DNA of 57,084 bases, taken from positions 1 to 57,084 of the IMG/VR virus record IMGVR_UViG_3300010262_000001. One strand, given 5' to 3'. Position numbers and translations under genes: made by a program. This stretch comes from a virus. The notes beneath the pieces were generated by a model. That model saw nothing but the letters and a program-made list of their open reading frames with translations. It was not told the DNA's origin and made no database searches. Positions 42,738 to 50,769 of this stretch are shown piece after piece (the stretch's first letter is position 1; each line of letters opens with the position of its first letter).

Positions 42738-45700
42738 ATGCTAAAAAAACTTTTTCTTGATTTAAACAACTTTAAATCTAACTTAGGTAGTGTTGAGCGC
42801 GGGGATAGTATAGAACTTAATATTAAGTTGCTAGACAGTGAAGACTACTCTAGAAGTAAATTTAGAGTGTTAGGAACTAAGGGTGATGGTAAATATGTAG
42901 AACAAATTGAAGGTATAAACTTAGAAGAAAAAGACTTAAAAGTTATTTTAGAAGATCAATTTGTTAATTGTGAAGGTATAGTTAAATTAGAACTCAATGT
43001 AGTATCTGGAGAAACAGAAATTACTACTAAAGAGTTCTATTTTTTTGTTTCAAATACAATGAATGCAAGTATCATTGATAGTGCCGACTCATTACCAACA
43101 CTTGAAAAAGTATCTAAATACGTTGATGATGCTGTTAACAATTTAGAAACTTTAAAAGGAGCTAGTGAAGATATAACAATTATAAATTCTGAATTTAAAG
43201 AGAATGAAATAAAAAGAAAAGCTAATGAAATGTTAAGAGAAAAAAATGAAAAAGCTAGATTGCAATCTGAAGATATTAGAATTACAGGAGAAGAAGAAAG
43301 AAAAACAAATGAGCTTGAAAGAATACAAGCTGAAAATGATAGAAAAGTTTCTGAGAGCAACAGAAAACTAGCAGAAAATACAAGAAAAACTAATGAAGCT
43401 GCAAGGGTAGAGGCTGAATTAAATAGACAGTCTTTATTTGAAGAAAATGAAGAAATAAGAAATTCTAATGAGAATTTAAGAATAGCATCTGAAAAAGAAA
43501 GGATTAAATTTAACAGTGAAGCTAAGACTGATGAACTAAACAGAAAAGAAGCTGAAAAAAACAGAGTTTTAGCTGAAGAAGAAAGAAAAACATCTGAAGA
43601 GTCTAGAGTAGCAGCTGAGGCTATAAGACAAAATACTTATACTGATTTTAACGATTCTGAAGTGGAAAGAAAAAATAATGAAATTAAAAGAGAAGAAGCT
43701 GAAGCTTTAAGGGTTGAAGCTGAGACTAGAAGAGATAATCTTTTTTCTGAAAAAGAAGAGGAAAGAAACACTTCATTTATTGAGAGCGAAAAAGTTAGAA
43801 ATGCTGCATTTAACAAAGCTCAAAATTCCAGAAACACAACTTTTGAAGAAAGTGAAACTGTTAGGGAAGAAGCTTTTAAAATATCTGAAAAAGCTAGAAA
43901 TGATGCTGAAGAACTAAGAGTTACAGCTGAGAGTGAGAGAGTTAAAGCTGAAAAGTTAAGAGTTGATTCTGAGAAAGCTAGAGTATTAGCAGAGGAAGAA
44001 AGAAATACTACTTTTATCCAAAAAGAAGAGGAAAGAAAAGCTACTTTTGAAGAGGCTGAAAATACTAGAAAAGTAGCTGAGAGTAAAAGAGTTAAAACTG
44101 AAAGTTCCAGGGTGGAAGCGGAAAAGCTTAGAGTAACAGCAGAAACTGGAAGAGTAGAGGCTGAAAATTTAAGAGTTACAGCAGAAGATGAAAGAGTAGC
44201 TGCGGAGACTAAAAGAGAAGAAGGATTTAATAAGTTCGAGGGTAAAATAAATGCTAATACAGAAGAGTTAAAGAACGCTAGATCCGCAACAACAGGAGAG
44301 CAATTTGATACTCTCGATGAAAGAATTGACCACGAGATAGATAGACTTAATAAAAAAATAGAAGTTTCTATGCTACAACAAGAAGACAAAGAAAGTCATG
44401 TTATAGAAAATACTGTTGAGGGTATGACTAAATATATGGTTATAAAGGGTAGGACTTTAAATAACTTATTTAATTCAAAAGTTGCAGCTCTAATTGAGGG
44501 GGTTAGTTGTTCCAATGGTGTATTTGATTGGAATGTAAGCACAACAAACAACTTGATGAACTATAAAAAGATGCAAGTTGAGGATGGCGTTAAATATACT
44601 GTTATATGTAATGTTATTGAAAATACTTTAAGTTCAATGACTAGAAATACAGTTAGATTAATTAGGCAAGAAAGTTATGGGGATGAAGTATTTCTCCCAG
44701 AAGGATTTACTACTGGTATATTTAAAACTTCATTTACTACAAACAAGAATAATGCTGAAAAGTGGGTGGAAGATAATGCAAATATATTTATAATAAATGC
44801 AACTGGAAGGATAAAATTTTCTTTAATGGTTATAAAGGGAGATATAGATTTTATTCCAACTCATTTTGAGGGTATTAAATCATTAGGAGGACAAGAAGAC
44901 AAAATTAGTATTTTAAGTAGTGGGAAGAATCTATTAAAGCCGCCTTCAAAGGAACAAACTTTACCCTTAACGGATAGTTATCCAGAAGTTACAATTACAA
45001 CTGATGGAAAATATATTTTAACCGGGGCTTCAACAACAAATGGTGGTCGTCATAGTTTTAAAGGTTTAACTCCGCCTATAATGTTAAAAAGGGGGAAAAA
45101 ATATAAATTGAATGGGAAAGATTTAAAAAATGTTTACCTATGGATTAATAAAGTTTCTGACAATTCACCATTATTCAACAATAAAAGTGATGTTTATACT
45201 GCCGATGAAGATATTGAAGTGTATTTTGGCATTAACTATACTGTTACAACTTATGACAATCTTGTAATAAAACCACAGTTAGAGGAAGGTATGCAAGCTA
45301 CTGATTATAAACAGTATAAAGAATATAAAAGGGATATTTCATTGCAAGAATTTGGATTTGATGAAGGACTTAAAGGGATAAATAGTGCAACAGATGAACT
45401 TAACACTATAAGAAATGTTGCTATTAAAAGAATAGGTAAAAGAGAATATAGAGAAGGTGATTTGTTACTAGAGAATATAATAACAGATAAAGTAAATACT
45501 TATTATGTTTTAGAAGAACCTATAGAAACTCCTTTAATTGAAAATATAAATATAAAAACCTTCGGAGAAAGAACTTATATTAACTTTGAAAACAACATTA
45601 CTGGTACAAGTAGTTTTAAGGTTCCAGTAGATACTACTGCTACTATCACAAGATTAAATAGAGAAAATAGAACTTTAGAAAAAGAGAATAGAAGTTTAAG

Positions 45701-46043
45701 ACAAGATTTTGAATCAACTACATTAACACTAACTTATAGTGATTTAGAACTTGTAAAGCAAAATGTGGATATGGACTTCAGATTAATGGAAGTAGAATTT
45801 GCTTTAGATATCCCTTTAGCAATTCTAAGTTCAAATATAAAATTTAAAAATAAGAAAGGTGAAGTGAAAAGTATGGCAAGAACTCCTTATGAAATGATGA
45901 AAATAGTTATCTTAAGCGGAGATTATGACAGAGAGGATTATATGCACAAAGTTGGAAAGTACTATGAAAGAGGAAGAATGACTAAAGAAGAGCATGATGA
46001 ATTAATGAGTTTAATGACAGCAGATGAAGTAATAAGTAAGTAG
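42738..46043 (+). CDS. Large tail fibre-like structural protein with a long ExxR-repeat coiled-coil rod
   Basis: 1101 aa; about 350 aa of (A/S)E(x)2R(x)3 repeats; globular N- and C-terminal regions; last structural gene before lysis. Confidence 0.6.
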   Translation: MLKKLFLDLNNFKSNLGSVERGDSIELNIKLLDSEDYSRSKFRVLGTKGDGKYVEQIEGINLEEKDLKVILEDQFVNCEGIVKLELNVVSGETEITTKEFYFFVSNTMNASIIDSADSLPTLEKVSKYVDDAVNNLETLKGASEDITIINSEFKENEIKRKANEMLREKNEKARLQSEDIRITGEEERKTNELERIQAENDRKVSESNRKLAENTRKTNEAARVEAELNRQSLFEENEEIRNSNENLRIASEKERIKFNSEAKTDELNRKEAEKNRVLAEEERKTSEESRVAAEAIRQNTYTDFNDSEVERKNNEIKREEAEALRVEAETRRDNLFSEKEEERNTSFIESEKVRNAAFNKAQNSRNTTFEESETVREEAFKISEKARNDAEELRVTAESERVKAEKLRVDSEKARVLAEEERNTTFIQKEEERKATFEEAENTRKVAESKRVKTESSRVEAEKLRVTAETGRVEAENLRVTAEDERVAAETKREEGFNKFEGKINANTEELKNARSATTGEQFDTLDERIDHEIDRLNKKIEVSMLQQEDKESHVIENTVEGMTKYMVIKGRTLNNLFNSKVAALIEGVSCSNGVFDWNVSTTNNLMNYKKMQVEDGVKYTVICNVIENTLSSMTRNTVRLIRQESYGDEVFLPEGFTTGIFKTSFTTNKNNAEKWVEDNANIFIINATGRIKFSLMVIKGDIDFIPTHFEGIKSLGGQEDKISILSSGKNLLKPPSKEQTLPLTDSYPEVTITTDGKYILTGASTTNGGRHSFKGLTPPIMLKRGKKYKLNGKDLKNVYLWINKVSDNSPLFNNKSDVYTADEDIEVYFGINYTVTTYDNLVIKPQLEEGMQATDYKQYKEYKRDISLQEFGFDEGLKGINSATDELNTIRNVAIKRIGKREYREGDLLLENIITDKVNTYYVLEEPIETPLIENINIKTFGERTYINFENNITGTSSFKVPVDTTATITRLNRENRTLEKENRSLRQDFESTTLTLTYSDLELVKQNVDMDFRLMEVEFALDIPLAILSSNIKFKNKKGEVKSMARTPYEMMKIVILSGDYDREDYMHKVGKYYERGRMTKEEHDELMSLMTADEVISK
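43200..44240 (+). repeat. In-frame degenerate tandem repeats (about 11-residue period, AExxRVxAExxR-like)
   Basis: RVEAEKLRVTAETGRVEAENLRVTAEDERVAAETKR and dozens of related units; they generate the long antisense shadow ORF 43820-44389. Confidence 0.7.
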
Positions 46044-46073
46044 AAATTTAATAAATAGATTAGCAATAAGATT

Positions 46074-46095
46074 AGAGCTTAAAGCTCTTTTTTTA
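46074..46095 (+). terminator. Short hairpin plus T-run after the structural operon
   Basis: AGAGC ttaaa GCTCT followed by TTTTTTT. Confidence 0.5.
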
Positions 46096-46128
46096 TTGCT
46101 TTTTAAAATAATAAAAAGAGGTGTATAA

Positions 46129-46554
46129 ATGGAAAAATTATTTGATTACATTAAACTATTCATAATAGCATTAGGAACTGGATTCACTTGGTTATTTGGT
46201 GTATGGGATATACCTTTAGTAGTGCTAGTTGTTTTTATGGTGTTAGACCAATTAACTGGTGTAATTAGAGGGTATGTAAATAAAGAATTAAGCAGCGATG
46301 TAGGACTTAAAGGAATAGCACGAAAATGTGTAATACTTATAATTCTTATAGTTGCTGTTATGCTAGATAGATTACTTAATACTGGAAGTTGGATGTTTAG
46401 AACAATGGTGGCATATTTTTATATAGCAAATGAAGGGATTAGCTTATTAGAAAATTGTGCAAGTTTAGGAGCACCTATTCCAGAAAAATTAAAAAATGCA
46501 TTAATACAACTTAAAGAAGGTAAGAAAAAAGAACCAATAAATGAAAATATATAA
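46129..46554 (+). CDS. Holin (phage_holin_4 / TcdE-UviB-like family)
   Basis: Three TM helices; LDQLTGVIRGYVNKELSSDVGLKGIARK and YFYIANEGISLLENCASLGAPIPEKL are typical of the family; lies before the endolysin. Confidence 0.8.
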   Translation: MEKLFDYIKLFIIALGTGFTWLFGVWDIPLVVLVVFMVLDQLTGVIRGYVNKELSSDVGLKGIARKCVILIILIVAVMLDRLLNTGSWMFRTMVAYFYIANEGISLLENCASLGAPIPEKLKNALIQLKEGKKKEPINENI

Positions 46555-46557
46555 GTT

Positions 46558-46585
46558 AAAAGGATCTGCAAAGATCCTTTTATTA
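46558..46585 (+). terminator. Hairpin with T-rich tail between holin and endolysin
   Basis: AAAGGATCT gcaa AGATCCTTT then TATTATTTT. Confidence 0.45.
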
Positions 46586-46617
46586 TTTTAAAAATTAATT
46601 TAATAGGAGTGATTGAT

Positions 46618-47307
46618 ATGAGTAAAATTTTTGGATTAGATGCAGGACATTGTACAAGTGGAGCAGATACTGGAGCACAAGGAAATGGATATAAGGAGCA
46701 AGATTTAACAAGACAAGTAGTTACTTATTTAAGTGAATACTTAGAAAAAGAAGGACATACAACTAAGTACTGTCATTGTAACAGTGCTAGTACTGTAAAT
46801 GAAAGTTTAAGATATAGAGTTAATAAAGCTAACTCTATAGGTGTAGATTATTTTGTTTCAATCCATTTGAATGCAGGTGGTGGAGTAGGAACAGAAACTT
46901 ATATTTGTGCTAGAGGTGGAGAAGCAGAAAGAGTAGCTAAAAGAGTTAACTCTAAATTAGTACAGTATGGTTATAGAGATAGAGGTGTTAAGGTTGGTAA
47001 CTTATATGTAATTAAAAACACTAATGCACCAGCTATATTAGTAGAAATTTGTTTTATAGATTCTTCATCAGATATAGCTAAATTTAATGCTAAGGCTATT
47101 GCTAAAGCTATTGCAGAAGGTTTATTAGATAAAATTATAGATGAGGTTGAAAAAAAGCCTGAAAGCGTTCCAGGCAATGCAGAAAACTCTAACACATACT
47201 TTAGAGTTGTAGTTGGAAGCTATAAAGACAGAGAAAATGCAGTAAAAAAACAAGAAGAATTAAAAGCTAAAGGTGAGGATAGTTTCTTATTAGCTTATAA
47301 AGAATAG
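46618..47307 (+). CDS. Endolysin: N-acetylmuramoyl-L-alanine amidase (Amidase_3) with C-terminal SPOR domain
   Basis: GLDAGHCTSGADTGAQGNGYKEQDL...SIHLNAGGG; C-terminal YFRVVVGSYKDRENAVKKQEELKAKG; ATG 46618 after TAGGAGTGA SD. Confidence 0.85.
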   Translation: MSKIFGLDAGHCTSGADTGAQGNGYKEQDLTRQVVTYLSEYLEKEGHTTKYCHCNSASTVNESLRYRVNKANSIGVDYFVSIHLNAGGGVGTETYICARGGEAERVAKRVNSKLVQYGYRDRGVKVGNLYVIKNTNAPAILVEICFIDSSSDIAKFNAKAIAKAIAEGLLDKIIDEVEKKPESVPGNAENSNTYFRVVVGSYKDRENAVKKQEELKAKGEDSFLLAYKE

Positions 47308-47308
47308 T

Positions 47309-47347
47309 AAAAAGCAAGGTAGGTTAATTCCTACCTTGCTTTTTTTA
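47309..47347. terminator. Bidirectional intrinsic terminator between the lysis cassette and the convergent maintenance operon
   Basis: AAAAGCAAGGTAGG ttaatt CCTACCTTGCTTTT; 14-bp stem with A/T runs on both sides. Confidence 0.85.
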
Positions 47348-47353
47348 CTTAGT

Positions 47354-47851
47354 TTATATTTTAAATATATTCTCTTTTATAAATTTTATTCTTTCTAAAA
47401 ATTCTTTTTCTTTTTTTTCTATCCATAGGTTATAAGCTTCTTCTTTGGTTACACTGTATTCTTTTATCTGTTCGTATTTTTCTCCGTTTATATCACATTC
47501 ATATATAAATTCTAATGCATCATCATCTTCGAATACATATTCCTTACCGTCTTTGATGTATCTTTCAGAACGATATTCTTCAAGTATTTCATCTATTTCT
47601 ATTTTTATTTTTAAAGCTTCCTTATAGCTTATAGCTACTGCCATAGTATTCTTTTCATATAAATCTATAATATCCTTTGCTAGTTCTTGTTCCGTATAAC
47701 CAAATTTGAATCCATCGAAATTTCCTTCTAGTGTAAATGTTGGTACACACACAACACACATTTTCAAATTACTTTTAGATTCAAAATCCATTATGTGATT
47801 GTAACTTTCTTTTACAAATTCCTTAACTTCTGTTTTCAATATCTTTCTCAT
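47354..47851 (-). CDS. Hypothetical acidic protein (165 aa)
   Basis: ATG 47851 after AGGGG SD; own promoter-like region and an upstream terminator; no motif recognised. Confidence 0.55.
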   Translation of the reverse strand: MRKILKTEVKEFVKESYNHIMDFESKSNLKMCVVCVPTFTLEGNFDGFKFGYTEQELAKDIIDLYEKNTMAVAISYKEALKIKIEIDEILEEYRSERYIKDGKEYVFEDDDALEFIYECDINGEKYEQIKEYSVTKEEAYNLWIEKKEKEFLERIKFIKENIFKI

Positions 47852-47969
47852 ATTTCTCAACCCCTAACATTATCTTTAACTATATATCACTACAAATGTA
47901 GTAACAAATCAATAGTTTTTCAAAAAAAGACTAAGCTTTATGCCTAGTCTTAAAAATCCAAGATAAAAA

Positions 47970-48566
47970 TCAATTTGTAATAACCTGTTGTTCTAAATTT
48001 AATACTAATCTGATTAAAGATTTTTTAATAGAAAAAATAAGTTTTTCTTTAGTAAAATCATGCCAATCTTTTTCAATGTTTTTATAGATCAAGTCATTTT
48101 CTTTAAGCATAATAGCATTATTATAACTATAATATTTATAATAATACTCTGGATAATTCTTTTTATAAAAACTTAATGCTGGATCATCTTCACATTCTAG
48201 TTTGTATAAATGTGGTGGAAGAAAACATTCTATTTCTTTTCTTAAGAAAAATCTAGTAGTTTCACTCATTTCTTCTATTTTAACTTCAGTATTATTTCTA
48301 AATTTTTTATTTCCTATATCAGCATTTATTTTAGAGATAATAAATTCTTCACCTTTTCTTACTTGATAAGGAATATAATCACTCTTTAAACTTTCATAAA
48401 CATCAAGCATACCATTTTTATCTATTGTAATTAAATAAGCATACCCAGGTTTTTCAGGGTGTAAAACTGAATCAAAATAAACATCTTTTAAATCTATTTC
48501 AACAAATTTCTTTATACCGTCAATATCATTTAAAGTGTCTTTTAAAACTTTAACAACTTTAGACAT
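47970..48566 (-). CDS. Hypothetical protein (198 aa)
   Basis: SD GGAGGG; Tyr/Lys-rich; no motif recognised. Confidence 0.55.
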   Translation of the reverse strand: MSKVVKVLKDTLNDIDGIKKFVEIDLKDVYFDSVLHPEKPGYAYLITIDKNGMLDVYESLKSDYIPYQVRKGEEFIISKINADIGNKKFRNNTEVKIEEMSETTRFFLRKEIECFLPPHLYKLECEDDPALSFYKKNYPEYYYKYYSYNNAIMLKENDLIYKNIEKDWHDFTKEKLIFSIKKSLIRLVLNLEQQVITN

Positions 48567-48589
48567 TTTAGCCCTCCACTTATTAATTA

Positions 48590-48814
48590 CTATTCTTCTT
48601 CAATTCCAAACTTATCAATTAATTTCTCTATACCTGGGATTACTTCATCAAACAAGTAATCTTCTAGACAATCTTCTAAACACTCTTCCATTTCTTCTTC
48701 TTCACACTCTCTAATAAAATCATCGAACTCTTGAAAAGTTTCTAAAATATCCTTAAGCGTAATATTCTCCTCATCGTTTAAAATACATTCAGAATTTTTT
48801 ATTATATCAAACAT
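48590..48814 (-). CDS. Very acidic 74-aa protein
   Basis: SD GGAGGC; runs such as ECEEEEMEECLEDCLEDYLFDE. Confidence 0.55.
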   Translation of the reverse strand: MFDIIKNSECILNDEENITLKDILETFQEFDDFIRECEEEEMEECLEDCLEDYLFDEVIPGIEKLIDKFGIEEE

Positions 48815-48855
48815 TCGATCGCCTCCAGAAATATAATTAATATAGAAAATTATAG

Positions 48856-49110
48856 CTATACATTACCATTTAATATATTATCAACTTCACTCAAAGTCTC
48901 ATCATCAGGTATATTAAGGACATTTTCCTTAGTTTCTTTTTCATAGCTTTTTTCTAAATTTTCTTTTTCTTGGATTTTTATTTTCTTTGTGTCTGAATTT
49001 ATCAAATAAGTTACATAAGCGCTAAAATCAAATCCCAGCTCAGCAGCTCTTCTTAATCCTCGCTTTAATATAGCTTCTTCTAAACTTAAATTTCTCTTAA
49101 TTTTTGCCAA
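48856..49110 (-). CDS. parR: ParR-like RHH centromere-binding adaptor
   Basis: Immediately downstream of and overlapping parM; N-terminal AKIKRNLSLEEAILKRGLRRAAELGFDFSAYVTYLI RHH pattern; TTG start after GGGGTGAG SD. Confidence 0.5.
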   Translation of the reverse strand: MAKIKRNLSLEEAILKRGLRRAAELGFDFSAYVTYLINSDTKKIKIQEKENLEKSYEKETKENVLNIPDDETLSEVDNILNGNV

Positions 49111-49996
49111 ACTTACTCACCCCTAATGTGTAGAAAGCTTTAGCATTTGTATATATCGTATCTTTATCTAGTTTCTGTCCTAAATTGTTAGCTAATCTTA
49201 GAGAACCGCCACCTATCCATATACGTTTACTTACATTAAACTCTTTTATAGACTCTAGTCTATTTAATATAAGTCCAGTATGTTGTTTTAAAATTTTCTC
49301 TATTAAAGTATCTATTTCTACAGGATCACCTTTTATATATATAACCTGAGAATCAAGAAGATCATCTGCTCTAAGAACATCATAAGCAATACCGTGTTCA
49401 TTTTTAATTTCAGTAACTAAAGCTTTACCTAAAATGTTCATTCCAAGCTCAAAAGTTTCTAATTTTTTTAATTTTTTGTTGTTAAAATAAGCTACATCAA
49501 CTGTAAATCCACCTACATCTATTACACAAACATCTCCACGAAGCTTTTCAGGTTCTAATAGTAGCACACCTGCTGATTGCGGAAATACTATTACTTCTTT
49601 AATAGTAAAATGTTTTGGTTTACCATTTAATACTATATCTACACTTTTATCTTTTAACTCATTTATTAAAGAATCCTTTTGTGAGTTATAATAAGATGCT
49701 GGAAGTCCAGTTACTATTTTCACGTCATCATCAACAAATTGATCTTCTCCCATAGCCATTGCTACAGCTGTAAATAAACATAGTTTAAAGTTAAGAGAAT
49801 CAATTTTATTTACATTGTTATCATATAAGCTAGTATCACTATTTTCCCCTATTGTATAATCTTTTCCTTTGTACTGTACATGAATTGAATTGCATACATC
49901 TAAAATACCTTCTTGGATAGTGCTCTTAAAGTTTGAACCACCATTTTTTGTCCAAACTTTAGTATGAGAATATCCTACATCTACACCTATTTTCAT
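49097..49996 (-). CDS. parM: ParM/StbA-family actin-like plasmid segregation ATPase
   Basis: MKIGVDVGYSHTKV (phosphate 1), VIDVGGFTVDV (phosphate 2), IWIGGGS (adenosine) motifs; SD AAGGAGAG. Confidence 0.85.
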   Translation of the reverse strand: MKIGVDVGYSHTKVWTKNGGSNFKSTIQEGILDVCNSIHVQYKGKDYTIGENSDTSLYDNNVNKIDSLNFKLCLFTAVAMAMGEDQFVDDDVKIVTGLPASYYNSQKDSLINELKDKSVDIVLNGKPKHFTIKEVIVFPQSAGVLLLEPEKLRGDVCVIDVGGFTVDVAYFNNKKLKKLETFELGMNILGKALVTEIKNEHGIAYDVLRADDLLDSQVIYIKGDPVEIDTLIEKILKQHTGLILNRLESIKEFNVSKRIWIGGGSLRLANNLGQKLDKDTIYTNAKAFYTLGVSKFGKN

Positions 49997-50044
49997 AAAA
50001 ATCTCTCCTTAAATTGTGTTTAATAAATTATATGCCTATTATAT

Positions 50045-50181
50045 ACATATTGTGCGCATATTTTAAAGCTTTTTCTAAAAAAAATATTTTTATGCGCATA
50101 ATAGGTTTATATCATAAACATATTGTGCTTATATTTATATTCCAAAATGAATAGTATAAGCATATCATGCGCACAATATGT
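50045..50181. promoter_or_regulatory. parC-like centromere/operator repeats upstream of parM
   Basis: ACATATTGTGCGCA (50045-50058), ACATATTGTGCTTA (50118-50131), inverted perfect copy TGCGCACAATATGT (50168-50181), plus TATGCGCATAAT (50091-50102). Confidence 0.5.
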
Positions 50182-50331
50182 TTATATAGAATTTAAAGCT
50201 AATCGTATCCATTTTGCGATTAAGTCTCTATTACCTTTGTATTTTTTATAATTTTTATATTCTTTTTCAGTGACTCTAATACTAATTATTCTACTTAGTT
50301 TTTCATTATCAGGAACTTTTGGTAGAGTCAT
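50182..50331 (-). CDS. Small RHH-like protein, 49 aa (below ORF-track cutoff)
   Basis: ATG after GGGGGTG SD; MTLPKVPDNEKLSRIISIRVTEKEYKNYKKYKGNRDLIAKWIRLALNSI (SIRVTEKEY beta-strand/helix pattern). Confidence 0.45.
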   Translation of the reverse strand: MTLPKVPDNEKLSRIISIRVTEKEYKNYKKYKGNRDLIAKWIRLALNSI

Positions 50332-50344
50332 GTTTACACCCCCT

Positions 50345-50376
50345 AAAATATGTTTACATACATTTTAACATATTTT
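50345..50376. promoter_or_regulatory. 10-bp inverted repeat over the promoter of the small RHH gene
   Basis: AAAATATGTT (50345-50354)/AACATATTTT (50367-50376); shares the ACATATT core with the parC-like repeats. Confidence 0.4.
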
Positions 50377-50390
50377 GGAAGAAAAGAAAG

Positions 50391-50431
50391 TATAAAAAAG
50401 TCTTGTTAGAAATCAAATCCAACAAGACTTT
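50391..50431 (-). terminator. Minus-strand intrinsic terminator
   Basis: AAAGTCTTGTT (50397-50407)/AACAAGACTTT (50421-50431); the T-run lies on the minus strand only. Confidence 0.6.
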
Positions 50432-50449
50432 ATAACTAAAAAATTAAAA

Positions 50450-50492
50450 TTATCCACAAATATAACTAACGGTTATGAGAAGATGTGGATAA
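50450..50492. promoter_or_regulatory. Two perfect consensus DnaA boxes in inverted orientation (candidate origin)
   Basis: TTATCCACA at 50450-50458 and TGTGGATAA at 50484-50492, 25 bp apart, in the non-coding region next to rep. Confidence 0.6.
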
Positions 50493-50554
50493 TTATAGAC
50501 AAATTATTACCAAATGTGCTAAAATTAAATCAATAATTTAAAGAAACGGGATAT

Positions 50555-50651
50555 AAAGCAAAAACCCATCAAGTTCGAAGTTTTAGCGGACCGAGAACTT
50601 GATGGGCCATCCCTAGAGAAAGTATCTCTAAATGTTTTACATATTTATTAT
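50555..50651 (-). ncRNA. Candidate small RNA of about 95 nt, defined by a consensus promoter and an intrinsic terminator
   Basis: Minus strand: TTGACA (complement of 50681-50686), 17-nt spacer, TAAAAT (complement of 50658-50663). 12-bp stem 50595-50606/50565-50576 followed by TTTTTGC; no ORF. Confidence 0.5.
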
Positions 50652-50730
50652 ACGTTTATTTTATGATAAATATGCCTATTTGTCAAATAAATTTATAATA
50701 TATTTGTTTAATTTAGGATACTTTCTCTAG
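50613..50730. repeat. 14-bp perfect inverted repeat flanking the sRNA promoter and rep promoter region
   Basis: CTAGAGAAAGTATC (50613-50626) and GATACTTTCTCTAG (50717-50730). Confidence 0.8.
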
Positions 50731-50769
50731 AATGAAAATTTGTTTTTTATTCTATGAGGAGGTTTTTTT

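Noticed and set aside
43820-44389. 189-aa minus-strand ORF inside the fibre gene
   Set aside because: It lies entirely antisense to the ExxR-repeat region. Its Ser/Leu/Ala-rich low-complexity product is the mirror image of the GAA/AGA-rich sense codons, and it has no SD. It is a shadow ORF.
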